NCBI GenBank assembly: GCA_964106645.2 | Contig: OZ067050.1 | Reading direction: 5' to 3' (one strand) | DNA: 64,000 bases | From: Podarcis pityusensis | Taxonomy: Eukaryota | Part shown: in pieces, positions 1 through 11,906 of the stretch | Layout: each line of letters begins with the position of its first letter | Numbering within the stretch: position 1 is the first letter of the stretch | The notes under the pieces: model-generated | Database searches by the model: none | Told to the model about the DNA's origin: nothing | Seen by the model: only the letters and a program-made list of their open reading frames with translations | Translations under genes and position numbers: made by a program

Positions 1-105
1 TTTTAATAAAGTTGCGGCCAAAATTTGCCTATTAACATTTAAACTAAATTCTGTCTCCACTGTGTCTTTATTTCCATGGGGGAATGGGTTTGGGGGCTCG
101 AAGCA
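1..105 (+). mobile_element. 3' end of the unclassified AATAAAGTTGTGGCC-box repeat (paralog of 21824-21926)
   Basis: Near-identical to 21824-21926 and followed by the same intron sequence. Confidence 0.7.
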
Positions 106-247
106 CAAACAGAAAATCAGAAGTCCTTTTATTTTAAATCTTTTTTCCTATTTCTTCATCTTCTTCTATCCTTTTTATTTTTTGCTTTTCCTTCGGTGTG
201 TTCTCTCTGTTATTGTTTTGATTTAGATTAGTTTGTCCCATCTTATT

Positions 248-2340
248 ACTGGGATCCTGTTACCGAATCAGAATGTTTACAGCTAATTAAAACACTCAAG
301 AATGGCAAAGCTCCCGGTGAGGATATGATTCCTCCTGAGGTGTTTAAACTAAATGCCCAGTGGTGGGCTGCTATTTTGGCCCAACTTTTTACGGTAATAA
401 ATGATATATGCAAAATCCCAGAAAACTGGAAACTGAGCCTGGTAGCCCCCATCTATAAGAAGGGAGACCCCCAAGACCCCTCAAACTATCGCCCCATAAG
501 TCTCCTGGACATTGTGTATAAACTTTATACTCGCTACCTGCTAAATAAACTGATTGACTGGGCTGACCACTCTAACCTGCTTAATCCGGAACAGGCAGGG
601 TTTAGAAAGGGCCATAGTACAACAGGCCATTGTTTGGTACTACAGACAATGATAGATAAGTATACAAAGGTACATAAGAGCAAACTTTTTGTGGCTTTTG
701 TAGATCTCACATCCGCTTTTGATTCAATCTGTAGGGATAAATTATGGCAAAAACTATATGAAACAGATATTGATAGACGACTTCTCAAAATACTTAGAGA
801 GTTACATTCAGACACCACAGTTAAAATCAGAACTGGGATGTCAGGCAACTATACTGACCCACTGCCACTGGGGAAAGGGGTTAAACAGGGCTGTTTGTTA
901 GCACCGTTCCTCTTTAATTTCTATATAAATGACATTGTTCAACATATGGCAAAGTATAAGTCATCAGCTCCTGCCCTGGAAGGCAAACACCTGAATATAT
1001 TACTATATGCTGATGACATGGCTGTCATGGCACTTACTCGAAGGGGCCTACATAGCATGCTGGAGGGGCTCGCAGCTTATTGTTCCCAAAACTCTCTAAA
1101 GATAAATTATGACAAAACAAAAATTGTGGTATTTACTAGAGCTCGCCACACATTTAGATGGTCTTTAGATGAACACAAAATTGAACAGTGTCTTTTTTTT
1201 AAATATCTTGGTATCACTTTCCAAGCTACATCTAGCTGGCTTGCCCACTTCAAGACTGTAGCCCTTCTAACACGTAGGACAATCGGTGCTCTGCTCAGCT
1301 TTTTTTATTCGAGGGGAGGGCAACTGGTGATCCCGGCACTAAAAGCTTTTGTTGGAAAAGTGATTCCCCAGATGCTATATGGAGTAGAACTCTGGGGATG
1401 GAATCAGAAGCTGTTAGAATGGCTTGAAATCTTCCAAAATTTTTACCTCAGAAGAATTCTAGGCCTCCCTCAGAGTACTCCGGCAGCTCTCCTAAGAGTG
1501 GAAGTAGGATTACCTTCTGTGTCTGCCAGGGCCCACTTAAGATTCCTGCGTTTTTTCACCAACCTCACAGATGCCCCGAACACCTTATTGGCTAAACAAG
1601 CCTTTGTATCATTACAAAATAATACTACTTGGCATAAAAACCTACTAGATATCCTATCCAGATACAATCTACCTGAGTTTAATACCCTCAAATTGTGGAG
1701 CCCTGATAAAGTTCGGGAATGGATCTTTGAAAAAGACGCCTTTTTGGACTCCACAAAGATAAAAAACTCTGGGTTTTCCTACTGGTTTCCCCGAGTAAAA
1801 GCAGTCAAAATCTGTGCCAACTACTTGGTGGAGATCACTGATCCCACCCTTCGGAGAGCTTTTACTATGGCACGGTTTCAAACACTGCCAACTGCATATC
1901 TGACCGGTAGATTCACAAAAACCCCAGTAGAACATCGTTTATGCCCTTGCCTTATGAAAATTAAAGAGGATCTTACACATTACCTCCTCTATTGCCCCAT
2001 CTACTCGGGCTTTAGAGACGCATTGCTGCAAATTATACCCAACTCTATAACCAATCCTGAAGATAGAGTAAAATTTTTGTTAGTCGATGCAAACCCACGT
2101 ATTACCCATGTGGTAGCGGTTTTTGTGATGAAGGCCATGAAAGCCAGGGAAAGATTTATGGATGACAATGTAAAGACCCATTCATCGTCTGTTTAACTCG
2201 TTGCTTGTTTTCCCTCTCTTTCTATTTTGTGGGATGAAGGTTTTGTTGGCGTAGTATGTAATGAATTTTAATATTTTTTAACTATTGTTGTGTTGATGTT
2301 TGTGTACAGGCATGGTCCTCACAATAAACGGATTTGATTG
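248..2340 (+). mobile_element. 5'-truncated non-LTR retrotransposon (RTE/RTE-X-like LINE)
   Basis: Boundaries come from the empty paralogous site at ~22111-22140 (gtcccatcttatt|gc|attatttaaaaaac). The element ends with aataaa and a short GATT-repeat tail and encodes RT. Clade assignment is from motif recognition, not a search. Confidence 0.88.
325..2196 (+). CDS. LINE reverse transcriptase, 5'-truncated ORF2 (frame open from ~247, no endonuclease domain)
   Basis: Motifs KAPGEDMIPPE, NYRPISLL, EQAGFRKG, FVDLTSAFDS, GVKQGCLLAP, LLYADD, FKYLG; C-terminal Cys/His motif CPC..EDLTHYLLYC. Confidence 0.93.
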   Translation: MIPPEVFKLNAQWWAAILAQLFTVINDICKIPENWKLSLVAPIYKKGDPQDPSNYRPISLLDIVYKLYTRYLLNKLIDWADHSNLLNPEQAGFRKGHSTTGHCLVLQTMIDKYTKVHKSKLFVAFVDLTSAFDSICRDKLWQKLYETDIDRRLLKILRELHSDTTVKIRTGMSGNYTDPLPLGKGVKQGCLLAPFLFNFYINDIVQHMAKYKSSAPALEGKHLNILLYADDMAVMALTRRGLHSMLEGLAAYCSQNSLKINYDKTKIVVFTRARHTFRWSLDEHKIEQCLFFKYLGITFQATSSWLAHFKTVALLTRRTIGALLSFFYSRGGQLVIPALKAFVGKVIPQMLYGVELWGWNQKLLEWLEIFQNFYLRRILGLPQSTPAALLRVEVGLPSVSARAHLRFLRFFTNLTDAPNTLLAKQAFVSLQNNTTWHKNLLDILSRYNLPEFNTLKLWSPDKVREWIFEKDAFLDSTKIKNSGFSYWFPRVKAVKICANYLVEITDPTLRRAFTMARFQTLPTAYLTGRFTKTPVEHRLCPCLMKIKEDLTHYLLYCPIYSGFRDALLQIIPNSITNPEDRVKFLLVDANPRITHVVAVFVMKAMKARERFMDDNVKTHSSSV

Positions 2341-2454
2341 ATTATTTAAAAAACTTTAATAGAATCATATTAAAGACAAAAAGGGAGGAAAGACAGTAGA
2401 TGGTAGATTTCATATGAATTCAGTTAAAAAAATCAAATGTACAAAAGAAAATGT

Positions 2455-2640
2455 TAATAATAATAATAATAATAATAATAAATTATTTATATCCCACGCA
2501 CTCTGGGTGGTTTCCAACAAAATATTAAAATTGCAATAAAACATCAGGCATTAAAAACTTCCCTTAACAGGGCTGCCTTCAGAAATCTTTTAAAGTCAGT
2601 TGTTTATTTGCTTGACATCTGATGGGAGGGCTTTCCACAG
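2455..2640 (-). mobile_element. L2-type LINE/SINE 3' tail fragment (paralog at 22255-22455)
   Basis: (TAA)n tail followed by tttatatccc...ggctgccttcag...gatgggagggc, a typical squamate L2 3' end. Confidence 0.55.
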
Positions 2641-2687
2641 AAGTATAACTTTTGCAAGAAAATTGTGATGAAATCTTTTTTTATTAC

Positions 2688-4653
2688 CTGCCAAGGCTGT
2701 AGATCTCGAAGTTTTAATCTTTCAATGCTCCTCATTACTCTCTGCTTGGATCCAGACAAGTAAATGGCATGCAAAGCATGAGCCACCACATAAACAGCAT
2801 TGTAGATACTGTAACTATGGCCAGATAGCTCCATTTCAAACAGAGACCTTGGAAGACTGTCCAGGCTCTCCTCTCCAGTACACACATCATTGGTGTTCAT
2901 TGGTGCATCAGGATTTGGAAGTATACAGTCAAATGCTTGCTCCCAGAAGACTTTGAAGAATCCTTCTGCCTGTGTCCAAGACGGGTTTATTCTCTGAAGA
3001 TATTCCCTGAATACTAGTAGATTTTGTGAATGAACTGTGAACAATATGGCACCTTGGAAGGGCTGAAAATCCAAAAACCTATAGAATCCTGTTAATATTA
3101 AATCAGTCTGGGCTGTCAATATCCACACCTTTTTAAATGCTATGGTTTCCTTATTTGTCGGGTCTTGCAAAAATACAAGACCTCTCAGTGCTATAATTGT
3201 CAGGGATTCTCCATAGACGATAAAGGTAGTCACTTTATTATCTGTGAACACTGCATTCATGTTTAATGTTACATCATACATTTCATCCAGGTTATCGAGA
3301 TGGACTCGATGTGGGATTCTTTGTGTAAAGGCTGAACAAATTCCATTTTGAGAAAGCAATGGCTGGAATTTCTTGATGAAATATTCTCCACTATTATCAT
3401 TAGGAGTAAAGAGCCCAACCCATGTCCAACCAAAATGCTTAAGCAAACTGATAATCCCCATGTACTGGTGGGCTTCGTTGGGCACCATGCGATAAAAGGG
3501 CAGGAATTGAGTTCTGTCACTCTCCTCTGGAGAAAAGGAACCATATGCCAGCTAGGAGAAATTGTACAGGTGTTATGCAGTTATGTTAAAATAATTCATC
3601 CTGCACCAGGTGACTTTCCATAGTGGATGGAAGAATAAAATCTCTGTGCAACCCTATACATAGCTTACCTGGGGAATTTTGTAGGGTCCTAAAATGTCTA
3701 CCATATGGAAGGAGGTATCAGAGCCAAGTCCCCCAATGATGGATATGAGGGTTTTCTGTGTGTCACATTTGTAGTTGGGGATGAATCTACCCATTTTGAA
3801 GAGGAGGTCGAGTGTAGTGCGGTAGGTCATCCTTGCATCAAAATAGCTGTCATGGATGTGGAAGCCAAGTGTGACATTGTGCAAAATGTTGGGATTCTCA
3901 TTCATTTCTTTCACAGCAAATACCAAAGCTAGGACATGTTGGTAGAATTTTGTCACCATGCTGCAAATAAAGTAAATGATTTATGAAAGTGAATATAGTG
4001 TAATACAGTGGTACCTCGGGTTACAGATACTTGAGGTTACAGACCCAGAAATAGTACCTCAGGTTAATAACTTTTCTTCAGGATGAGAACAGAAATCATG
4101 CGGCGGTGGCAGCAAGACACCCCATTAGCTAAGTTGGTACCTCAGGTTAAGAACAGTTTCAGGTTAAGAATGGACCTCCAGAACGGATTAAGTTCTTAAC
4201 CCGAGGTACTACTGTATATACCTTATATACCTAACAATTTATATACTTATATATAAGTTACATCATATACTTATTCATTTTCACCATTCTCCTCCTCAAT
4301 ATCTGTACTGCAGAGGAATTGAAAAGACACTTTGTGTGAATAATAATAATAAAAAAATGAAGTCACTTCCTGTACCCCTTTGGAAAACGAAAAGGAAATG
4401 TGATACAGAGGAATATTAAGGGCATGTAAAATTCTTACTATGGAACATCGAAGAGGTTCTGTGTTGGGTGTTCCTTGAAGAAAACTTCATAGAAAACATA
4501 ATAGATATGAGAAACTATGCCACCAATGATGAGATCACCTGGCTGGTACCACTCATGTGGAACAGGAATAGGATCATTCACAGGACACCTCATAGTATTA
4601 GAGGTATCAGAAACGGGAGGTATGAGAAACAGCAACACCAACGGTAGGAACAT
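2688..4653 (-). CDS. V2R gene A, exons 1-3 (4653-4439, 3960-3669, 3551-2688); exons 4-6 would lie left of the window
   Basis: Signal peptide plus [11 protein letters not shown]; 292-nt exon 2 ([11 protein letters not shown]); exon 3 LAYGSF...MVPNE...WEQAFDC...DLQPWQ. All junctions are GT-AG and in frame. Confidence 0.92.
4006..4214. mobile_element. Tc1/mariner-superfamily (pogo/Tigger-like) MITE
   Basis: TIRs CAGTGGTACCTCGGGTTA / TAACCCGAGGTACTACTG flanked by TA. Same family at 33928 and 37304. Confidence 0.85.
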
Positions 4654-5414
4654 CCTTGCAATCAGGCTTCCTTCTAAACGTAGACTCTCTTGTGTTCATC
4701 CATCGTAGCTGCCTATGAAAAGGCTAGATTGGGTGAGGCATGGCTCAGTTAACCCAGCCCTATAATAGAGAATGTGCTGCATTTAATCAACATGTAACAA
4801 ATCCATTCTATGATTACAGTAAGTGCTTTGAACATCAGAAATTTAATTGCTAGAACCCTGACTGCCTCTGGCCCCTACCCCAGGTCTCAGTACACAGGGT
4901 TAGTTATTATCGTTTTCAAGCTTGATTGTTGTTTTCTAGCTGTTTCTGGGAAGCATCTGGAGGTGTGATCTGGTGAAGAAATTGCCCTGATTTGGGTAAT
5001 TGCTGGGTACAATTATGAATGACTTCATCAGGGTTTTCATTCTGAGTAGCTCTTTTGTTTGTTTTTTACTCCTTAGAGGCAGAAAAATGATCAATGAGTT
5101 TTCCATGGGAAGCTGACAACAGGAAACTCAGAGTGAAGTTATTGGGTGAATAGCAGTGCAAAATTTTGAGATAAAGGGCACACCCCAACTCCATTTCTTT
5201 CCAAGGGAATGGGAGCGAACTCCTTGCTATACAGTATAGCTATAGTTTAATAAAAGCTGTCTTGACTCACTTGCAGGAACCCACCAATTTTTTCCTATGC
5301 GGGGGAAAAATTACATTTTCGTAGCACTTACATGGGAATTTAAGGAAGGAGGATTCCCCATCATCATCATGATCATCAAATTGCCACTCCCCCCCCCACA
5401 CACACATTTACCCT

Positions 5415-5860
5415 GCTGCAGAGGGTAGGACCCATGTCAATGGATTCAAATTATAAGAAAGGAGATTCTAACTCTAGGGTTGCCATATTTCAAAAAGTAA
5501 AAATCCAGACACAAAAAGTTCTTGAGCTTTTTTAGGGAAATCACCAGTTGGCCCCTCTGCTGCCTCCGAGGAACCCATGCACAATTTCTTATTTTTTTAT
5601 TTTAAACCCAAAATCCAGGACATTTGCTTTAAAATGTAAATTCTGCCCGGATGGGCATGTAGGAAGTATGGCACCCTAAACCAAATATCAGGCAGAATTT
5701 TCAGACAGAAAGAGCTGTTTGAAGGTGGAACAGATTCCCATGAGAGGCAAAGGGTTTCACTGAAGCATTTTAATGAAAAGTTGGATGTTCAGCTTTCAGG
5801 GATGCTTTAGCTGAGTTTTCTACATTGCAGGGGGTTGGACTAGATGATCCACAGAATTCT
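5415..5860 (+). mobile_element. CR1 LINE 3' fragment interrupted by a TAGGGTTGCCA-type MITE (5475-5678)
   Basis: aatggattcaaatta...aggagattc...cattgcagggggttggactagatga CR1 3' pattern; internal TIRs tagggttgcca...tggcacccta. Confidence 0.7.
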
Positions 5861-5924
5861 TCTCAGTTCTAGCATCTCTTGATTTTAGTGGGCAAAGTGG
5901 CTCAAGTGAAGAAATAAAGAATAC

Positions 5925-6560
5925 ATTTGAAAATCAATCATCCCCAAATTAATTTCAGAATAAAAGAGCAAAACAACATAATAGCAAAAAACAACAAACA
6001 ACATGCCAAAAGCAACATCTGAGTGCCATAAATACATGTGTGCATATTCAGCATTGCAGCAAATTTAACAGGCAAACTTAGCAGTTTCACATGCTCCTGG
6101 AAAGTCCTGTCACATGATGTTCCTCACAGTCCTTCTCCTGCAACAACTTCTAATAAGGCTTTAAAATCCAAGGGTTGGATAGCTGGAAACAGCCCTCCAG
6201 AAGGTCCCTCGTCTAGGAAGAGAAAAACTGGAAAATCTCTCCTGAGATTGCATTTGAAAATCAATCATTGCAAAAAAATAATTTCAGAATAAAAAAGCAA
6301 AACAACAAAATAGCAAAAATAAAAACATGTGAAAAGCAACATCTGAGTAGCATAAATACAAGTGTGCATATTCAGCATTACAGCAAATTTAACAGGCACA
6401 CTTAGCAGTTTCGCCTGCTCCTAGAAAGATCGATCTCATTATGTTCCTCACACTCTTTTTCTTTCAGCAACTTCTAATAAGACTTGCAGGGGCTAAATTT
6501 GTTTTAAAGACCCCTCCAGAGGCACCCCAGGAAGAGAAAAACTGGAAAATCTCCTTAGGC
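5925..6560. repeat. ~310-bp tandem duplication of V2R 3'-flank sequence
   Basis: catttgaaaatcaatcat...ggaagagaaaaactggaaaatctc occurs twice; the paralog at 61140-61440 has one copy. Confidence 0.75.
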
Positions 6561-6822
6561 TCCCGATTGCTTCTTGGAATCCACATAAAATGTCAGCTGT
6601 GAGGAAGGTAGGTGTGATTGGTCAGGAATGGCCTAACAATTGGGGCCTCAGCTGCACAAAATTGGGCCCACTGGCCAGATGTTCCTGATCCCTGATATAA
6701 GGTGACAGAGCATGTTTAATCTGCTTTAAATTCAGAAACCTAAAATTTCCAAAATCCTTCACACAAAGGAGCATCACCTTGGAGGAGGTACCCAAAATAA
6801 ACCCTTTTATACCAAAACATTT

Positions 6823-7080
6823 ACCGTATTTTTCACCCTATAGGACGCACTTTTTCCCCTCCAACAATGAAGGGGAAATCTGTGTGCATCCTATGGGGCA
6901 AATACAGGCTTTCGCTGAAGCTTGGAGAGCGAGAGGGGTCGGTGTGCACCGACCCCTCTCGCTCTCCAGGCTTCAGGAAGCTATCAGCAAGCCTGGGAAG
7001 CCCGCGGGAGTTCCCGCAGGGCTCCCTAGGCTGCGGATAGCAGCCTGCCGCCTGGCGTGTGGGGCGCCCTGAAGCAAGGC
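6823..7080. mobile_element. Truncated Tc1/mariner-type MITE (TA|CCGTATTTTTC terminus)
   Basis: taccgtatttttcaccctataggacgcac left terminus and GC-rich palindromic interior; the right terminus is missing. Confidence 0.6.
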
Positions 7081-8857
7081 GTTAAAGGCTATTAATCCAT
7101 GCATTGTTGGAGTTGCTTTTACTGAAACTAAGGACTTAATTTTCTTGGTTATGGACTGTGTTCTTCCTCTCCCTTTGGAATTATAATTTTATTGAGAAAC
7201 CCAGGCAGTCGGATTGCCAGATCGATAGAGCTGTCAGATTGCGGACTTTGATACTTTGTCACTTTGAACTGTTACAACTGAGTGTTATTGGAACTGTTAC
7301 ATTGGGACACTGTTTCTGGCACTTTTTAAAGACATTGTTTCACTTCAAAGACCAACTCTGCTAACTACAAGAGAGCTGAAGGTTCTTTGGAAATTGGTGG
7401 CTGTTTGGACACTGTTTTAAAAGTTCTGAAATTTTGGAACTGACTGGAGTTAAAAAGTACTTATTTAACAATTTTGCTCCTTCCCTCAAGATACATTTCA
7501 ACTCCCCCTAGAGGGACTTTGGATTTACAACTGTTTGTGACTTGTTTCTTCTTTCCCTTCCTCCTATCTTGTTGTTTACTCTCTGGGCTTGTGGATTCCC
7601 ATGGGATCTTATACAGTTTGACCTTGGCACGTAGACAGAATTGGAATGAGCGGCACTGGGAAAACGAGAGTGGCTAAAGCGAAAGCTAAACAAACAACTT
7701 TGACTTTAACTTCACAGCCACGTAGATCGTCTGTCCCTGCTGTTTTGGGGGCAGAAGAAGAAGAAATTGAGCAAACTTTGCTAGAAGGTATGGCAGCAGG
7801 AGAATCCATTTCGGTATTAGATAAAATCTTTGGAAAATTAGAAAGTTTGGATAAAAAAGCTGATGAACAATCGGCCAAGATTGACCAAAATACAGCCAGT
7901 CTTAATAAATTAACTGAACAAGTTGCTCTGAATGCACAATCAATTGGGAAATTATTTGAAGCCACCACAGAAAATCGCAAATTGGCTGAGGAAGCCAACC
8001 AAAAAGCTGAAGCATTAAAGGACGAGGTTAAACCATTGCACAAGCAGATTGGTGAACAACAGGCCTATCTGTCTATGATAGAATTACGTAGCCGGGAAAA
8101 CAACTTGAGACTGAGGTCAATTCCAGAACTTGAACAAGGGAACTTAATTGAGTACCTGACAAAATAATTCTCTAAGTTTTGGCCTCTGGAAGAAGATAAG
8201 GACTTTAAAATTGTGACTGCCTTCAGACTTGGAAAAGTAACAAGGAAAGACAGGCCCAGAGACTGTTTGATTACTTTGAGATCTAAGGAGGAAAGAGATA
8301 AAATACTTACTTTACATTACGAAAAGTCGCTTGAAATTCAAGATAGGAGAACAGAAATTTACAAAGATATCCTGAAACAACTTTTGGAACTCAGGTCCAC
8401 ATATACAGAGCTAGCAAAACTGCTGAGGAGCAACTTAATTCTCTTCAGGTGGGGNNNNNNNNNNNNNNNNNNNNNNNNNNNNNNNNNNNNNNNNNNNNNN
8501 NNNNNNNNNNNNNNNNNNNNNNNNNNNNNNNNNNNNNNNNNNNNNNNNNNNNNNNNNNNNNNNNNNNNNNNNNNNNNNNNNNNNNNNNNNNNNNTTTACT
8601 TTTAGAGGGAAGAAGGTGAAAATTAAAACAGCCGAGGACAAAGAAAAGTTTTTGAGTGCTTACGGAGAAGACCTTCAGAAAGGAATTGAAAGACCCCCAG
8701 GGCCTGGGCCATTGCAAGTACCTACACCTGGGGGACCTGAAGACCAGAAGGAGATGCCACCACCAAAGGAATAACAGATTTGCCCAGAATGTCTCTGCAA
8801 CTCCTTAGTTGGAATATTAATGGCTGTAATTCCCCGGAAAAAAAGAAGAAAATATTT
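7080..8857 (+). mobile_element. L1 element 5' portion: partial 5'UTR, ORF1 (7646-8774, premature TAA at 8165-8167, spans the N gap) and first ~23 codons of ORF2 (ATG 8789)
   Basis: Coiled coil, then RENNLRLRSIPE and RLGK..RPRDCLI..IYKDI..FRW (L1 ORF1 pattern). The frame resumes after the gap as FTFRGKKVKI. ORF2 starts MSLQLLSWNINGCNSP, an APE endonuclease start motif. Confidence 0.85.
8455..8594. other. Assembly gap (140 N)
   Basis: Run of N inside L1 ORF1. Confidence 1.
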
Positions 8858-11800
8858 GCAGATCCTGAAATTCAACAGGTTTACTGCCTACCATTGTTCT
8901 GTGCTTGGATCTTGATGAGTAAATAGCATGTAAAGCATGAGCCACGGCATAGACAGCATTGTAGATGCTGTAACTCTCACCAGTCACATCCATTTCAAAC
9001 ACAGGCCTAGGAAGGCTCTGAAATTTCTCATCCCCAGTACACATTCCATCTAGCATTTCAGGCATACTGGGGTTTGAAAATGAACAATCAAATGCTTGCT
9101 CCCATAAGTCTTTGAGAAAGCCATCCCCTTGTATCACACCAGGCCTTGTGTTCTGAAGAAATTCATTGAATCCTGGAAGATCTTTGGAGTGAATTGTGAA
9201 AGAAATAGCACCTTGGAACAGCTCGAAATCCCAGGTCCTCTGAACACTTGCTGAAACAAAATCCACCTGGGATGTCATAATCCACACCTTTGAAAAGGTT
9301 GTGCTTCCCTTCTTTGAAGGATCTCCGAGAAAAATAACAGTTCTGAGCCATGCTATTGTCAAAGCCTCTCCACTGATGATAAATGCATTGACTTTATCAT
9401 CTGTAAAATGTTCAAAAATAGTAGAGAATTTATCCGAAACTTCCTCCAGTTTGTCCCAATGAGCTTCTCGTGGTATACTTTGTGTGAATGCTGAACAGAT
9501 GCCATTCAGTGAGAGCAATGTGTCTACTATCTGAAAGAAACGTTCTCCCATTTCACCAGCCACAGCAAAGAGCCCAACCCATGTCCACTTGAAATGCTGA
9601 AGAAGCTTGATAATCCCAATATATTGATGCGATTCATTTTGGACCATACGATAAAAGGAAGGGACCTGACGTTCATCACTCTCCTCTGGAGGAAAGGAGC
9701 CATACGTGAGCTAAATGGAAATGTGCATATATTTTAGAGCGGTATTAGAAGTTTCCTTGCAAAATACTATTGATTCAACGAATATTTGATGAAGTGATGT
9801 GTAAGTTCACTGCAGTTGAATCCATGAACTGTTCCAACTGTGTGGGAGAATCTATCTGGCTAGTAGGCCAGATCAGATCTCTCCTACTTCTTCTGGGCCA
9901 AATCTGACAGGTGGGCATAGCCATCATGTGATGATTGATGAGACTTCAAAACAGTATGCAGGTATTGCAAAAAGCCCTATGTGGTGCTTTGAAGCACCAC
10001 TGATCAGCAGGCCTGCAATTGGCACTTATCCGCTGATGGACAATGACTTCAAGCCTGCTTTCTTCCAGGGCCACCTGAGCTCAGAACTTGTTTGATGCCT
10101 GTACTAAGAATATGAGGAGGTTACCTGAATCAGAAAAAAAAGCCCAACTAGTCCAGAAAACAGTTCTCACAGTGACCAACTAAATGCCTTTGGGAAGCCC
10201 AGAAGGGGCTTTGCAGTGTCTTGGTGGAGTGTGTGTGTGAAAGTGTGGGTGGGTGGGCATTGTGTACATCAAGGCAATATTGGATGGTGGCCATGCCCCT
10301 AGATCTGACTGTGGCGTCCTACCTACATCGGTGGTGGATGGCCAATATTAATGCTCAGAGCAGGGACAGATGAATCTATCAATGTTGATATCTCTCAGTG
10401 CCTCATTTCTTCAATCTTAAATTCACCTCTCCCGATTTACACACGTTAGCATTTTTTAAAAAGAAATATCAAAAAGTCATTGTGAGCGTTTGATAGTATT
10501 TAAATGCACAATTCTTCTAAAACGCCCAGTTTTGTTTGTGATTTGCCTTGCATATATGTTTTGATACAATGCAATGTTGGTTGTTATTTTATTTATGAAC
10601 AGCTTCCTATGAAACACTGGAAAGCAATTTAACAATAAAAAGCATGTATTTGTGTTTGAGGGGATTTTCTGGGGGCTGTATCCACAGTTTTGTTTTCTCA
10701 AAATTCTAAGATATAAGATATATATGATATAATGCCGGATTAAGACCACCCACACTATGAAACTGATTTTTCAGATGGCATGCAATTCCGTCTGGAATGG
10801 TTGACCATCTTGTACCCAGACAAGGGAAACATAAACTCACAGAAATTAAGTCAATACATTCTATCTTTATTTGAATGGCAAATGCATAATTTGTGGGGAA
10901 AACCCATGTTCCCATTCATAGATCCTACCTGTGGAATATTGTAGTGATCAAGGATCTCTGCCATACGGAAGGAGATATCAACGCTAAGTCCCCCAATGAT
11001 GGATATCAGATTTTTCTGCATGTCACATTTGTAGTTCGGGACAAATCTATGTGATTTGAAGAGCAGATCCAGAGTGGTCCTGTATGTCATTCTCTCATCA
11101 AAGTAACTGTCATAGATATGGAACCCAAGTGTGACATTGGGCAAGATCTTGAGGCTTTTATGTATTTCCTTCACAGCAAATGCCAAAGCCAGATTGTGCT
11201 GGTAGAACTTTGTCATTACACTGCAAAAAAAGAATTCATTTACAATTTCAGATAAGAATTCTTCAATTAGTTCCAATGGGTGAGGTAGGGTTTACTTATG
11301 AGTAGATGCATATAGGCCTGCACTATGATTCTTCAAAATGAGAACCCACTGAAATCAGTGGGACAAGTTGATCATGATGGGAAGCTGAACTTACTCAGTG
11401 CTACCCTATATAATCCTACATGGAAGACAGTGCTTTTTTTCTATAAAAAAATGTTTAGGGATACTCTCATTTTCCTACTCATACCGAGGCCAAACTTAGA
11501 TTCACAAAATGTTTATGCGTGCCCCTGCATCCCCCCCCCCCCCAGAAAAAGGCACTGTTGGAAGTGAATCCCTCTGTGTTTTATGGATCATACTCCCGGT
11601 TATAGGATTGCAGTTTTAGTTTGAATCCAGCCACCAGCTTTTATGAAATCTGAATAGGCTTTCCTAGTTTTGCTAAATTGAGGAATCAGGTATGACAATG
11701 GTGGGAATTGTTTTCTTCTCTGATATTCAGTACACTCGTCTTCTTTTATTTCCCACTTTCTACAAATTTTCTGTTGTGAACTTGATAGCTGAATGAACTA

Positions 11801-11906
11801 AGCCAATGACCCGCCCACATTCCCCCACCTGTGACCACTTGATAATTGCTGAGGGTCCTGGCAGACAACTTAATGATGTTTCTGCTTGTTGTATCTATTG
11901 TAATAG

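Noticed and set aside
3269-3623. Recurrent alternative-frame and antisense ORFs over V2R exons (MVPFLQRR..., MRKQWLE..., MEGGIRAK...)
   Set aside because: They recur only because the underlying exons are paralogous; lengths vary, most start at non-ATG codons, and they show no independent features.
4438-4440. Apparent TAG/TAA stops ending the exon-1 ORFs (also 12873, 24322, 33337, 47201, 57803)
   Set aside because: They overlap the GTAAG donor. The intron is phase 2 and the spliced codons are sense (TAC, TAT, CAC, TCT, CAT).
7646-8774. Coiled-coil ORF as a domesticated L1TD1-like gene
   Set aside because: It has a premature stop at 8165 and is followed by an ORF2 start, so it is an ordinary L1 remnant.
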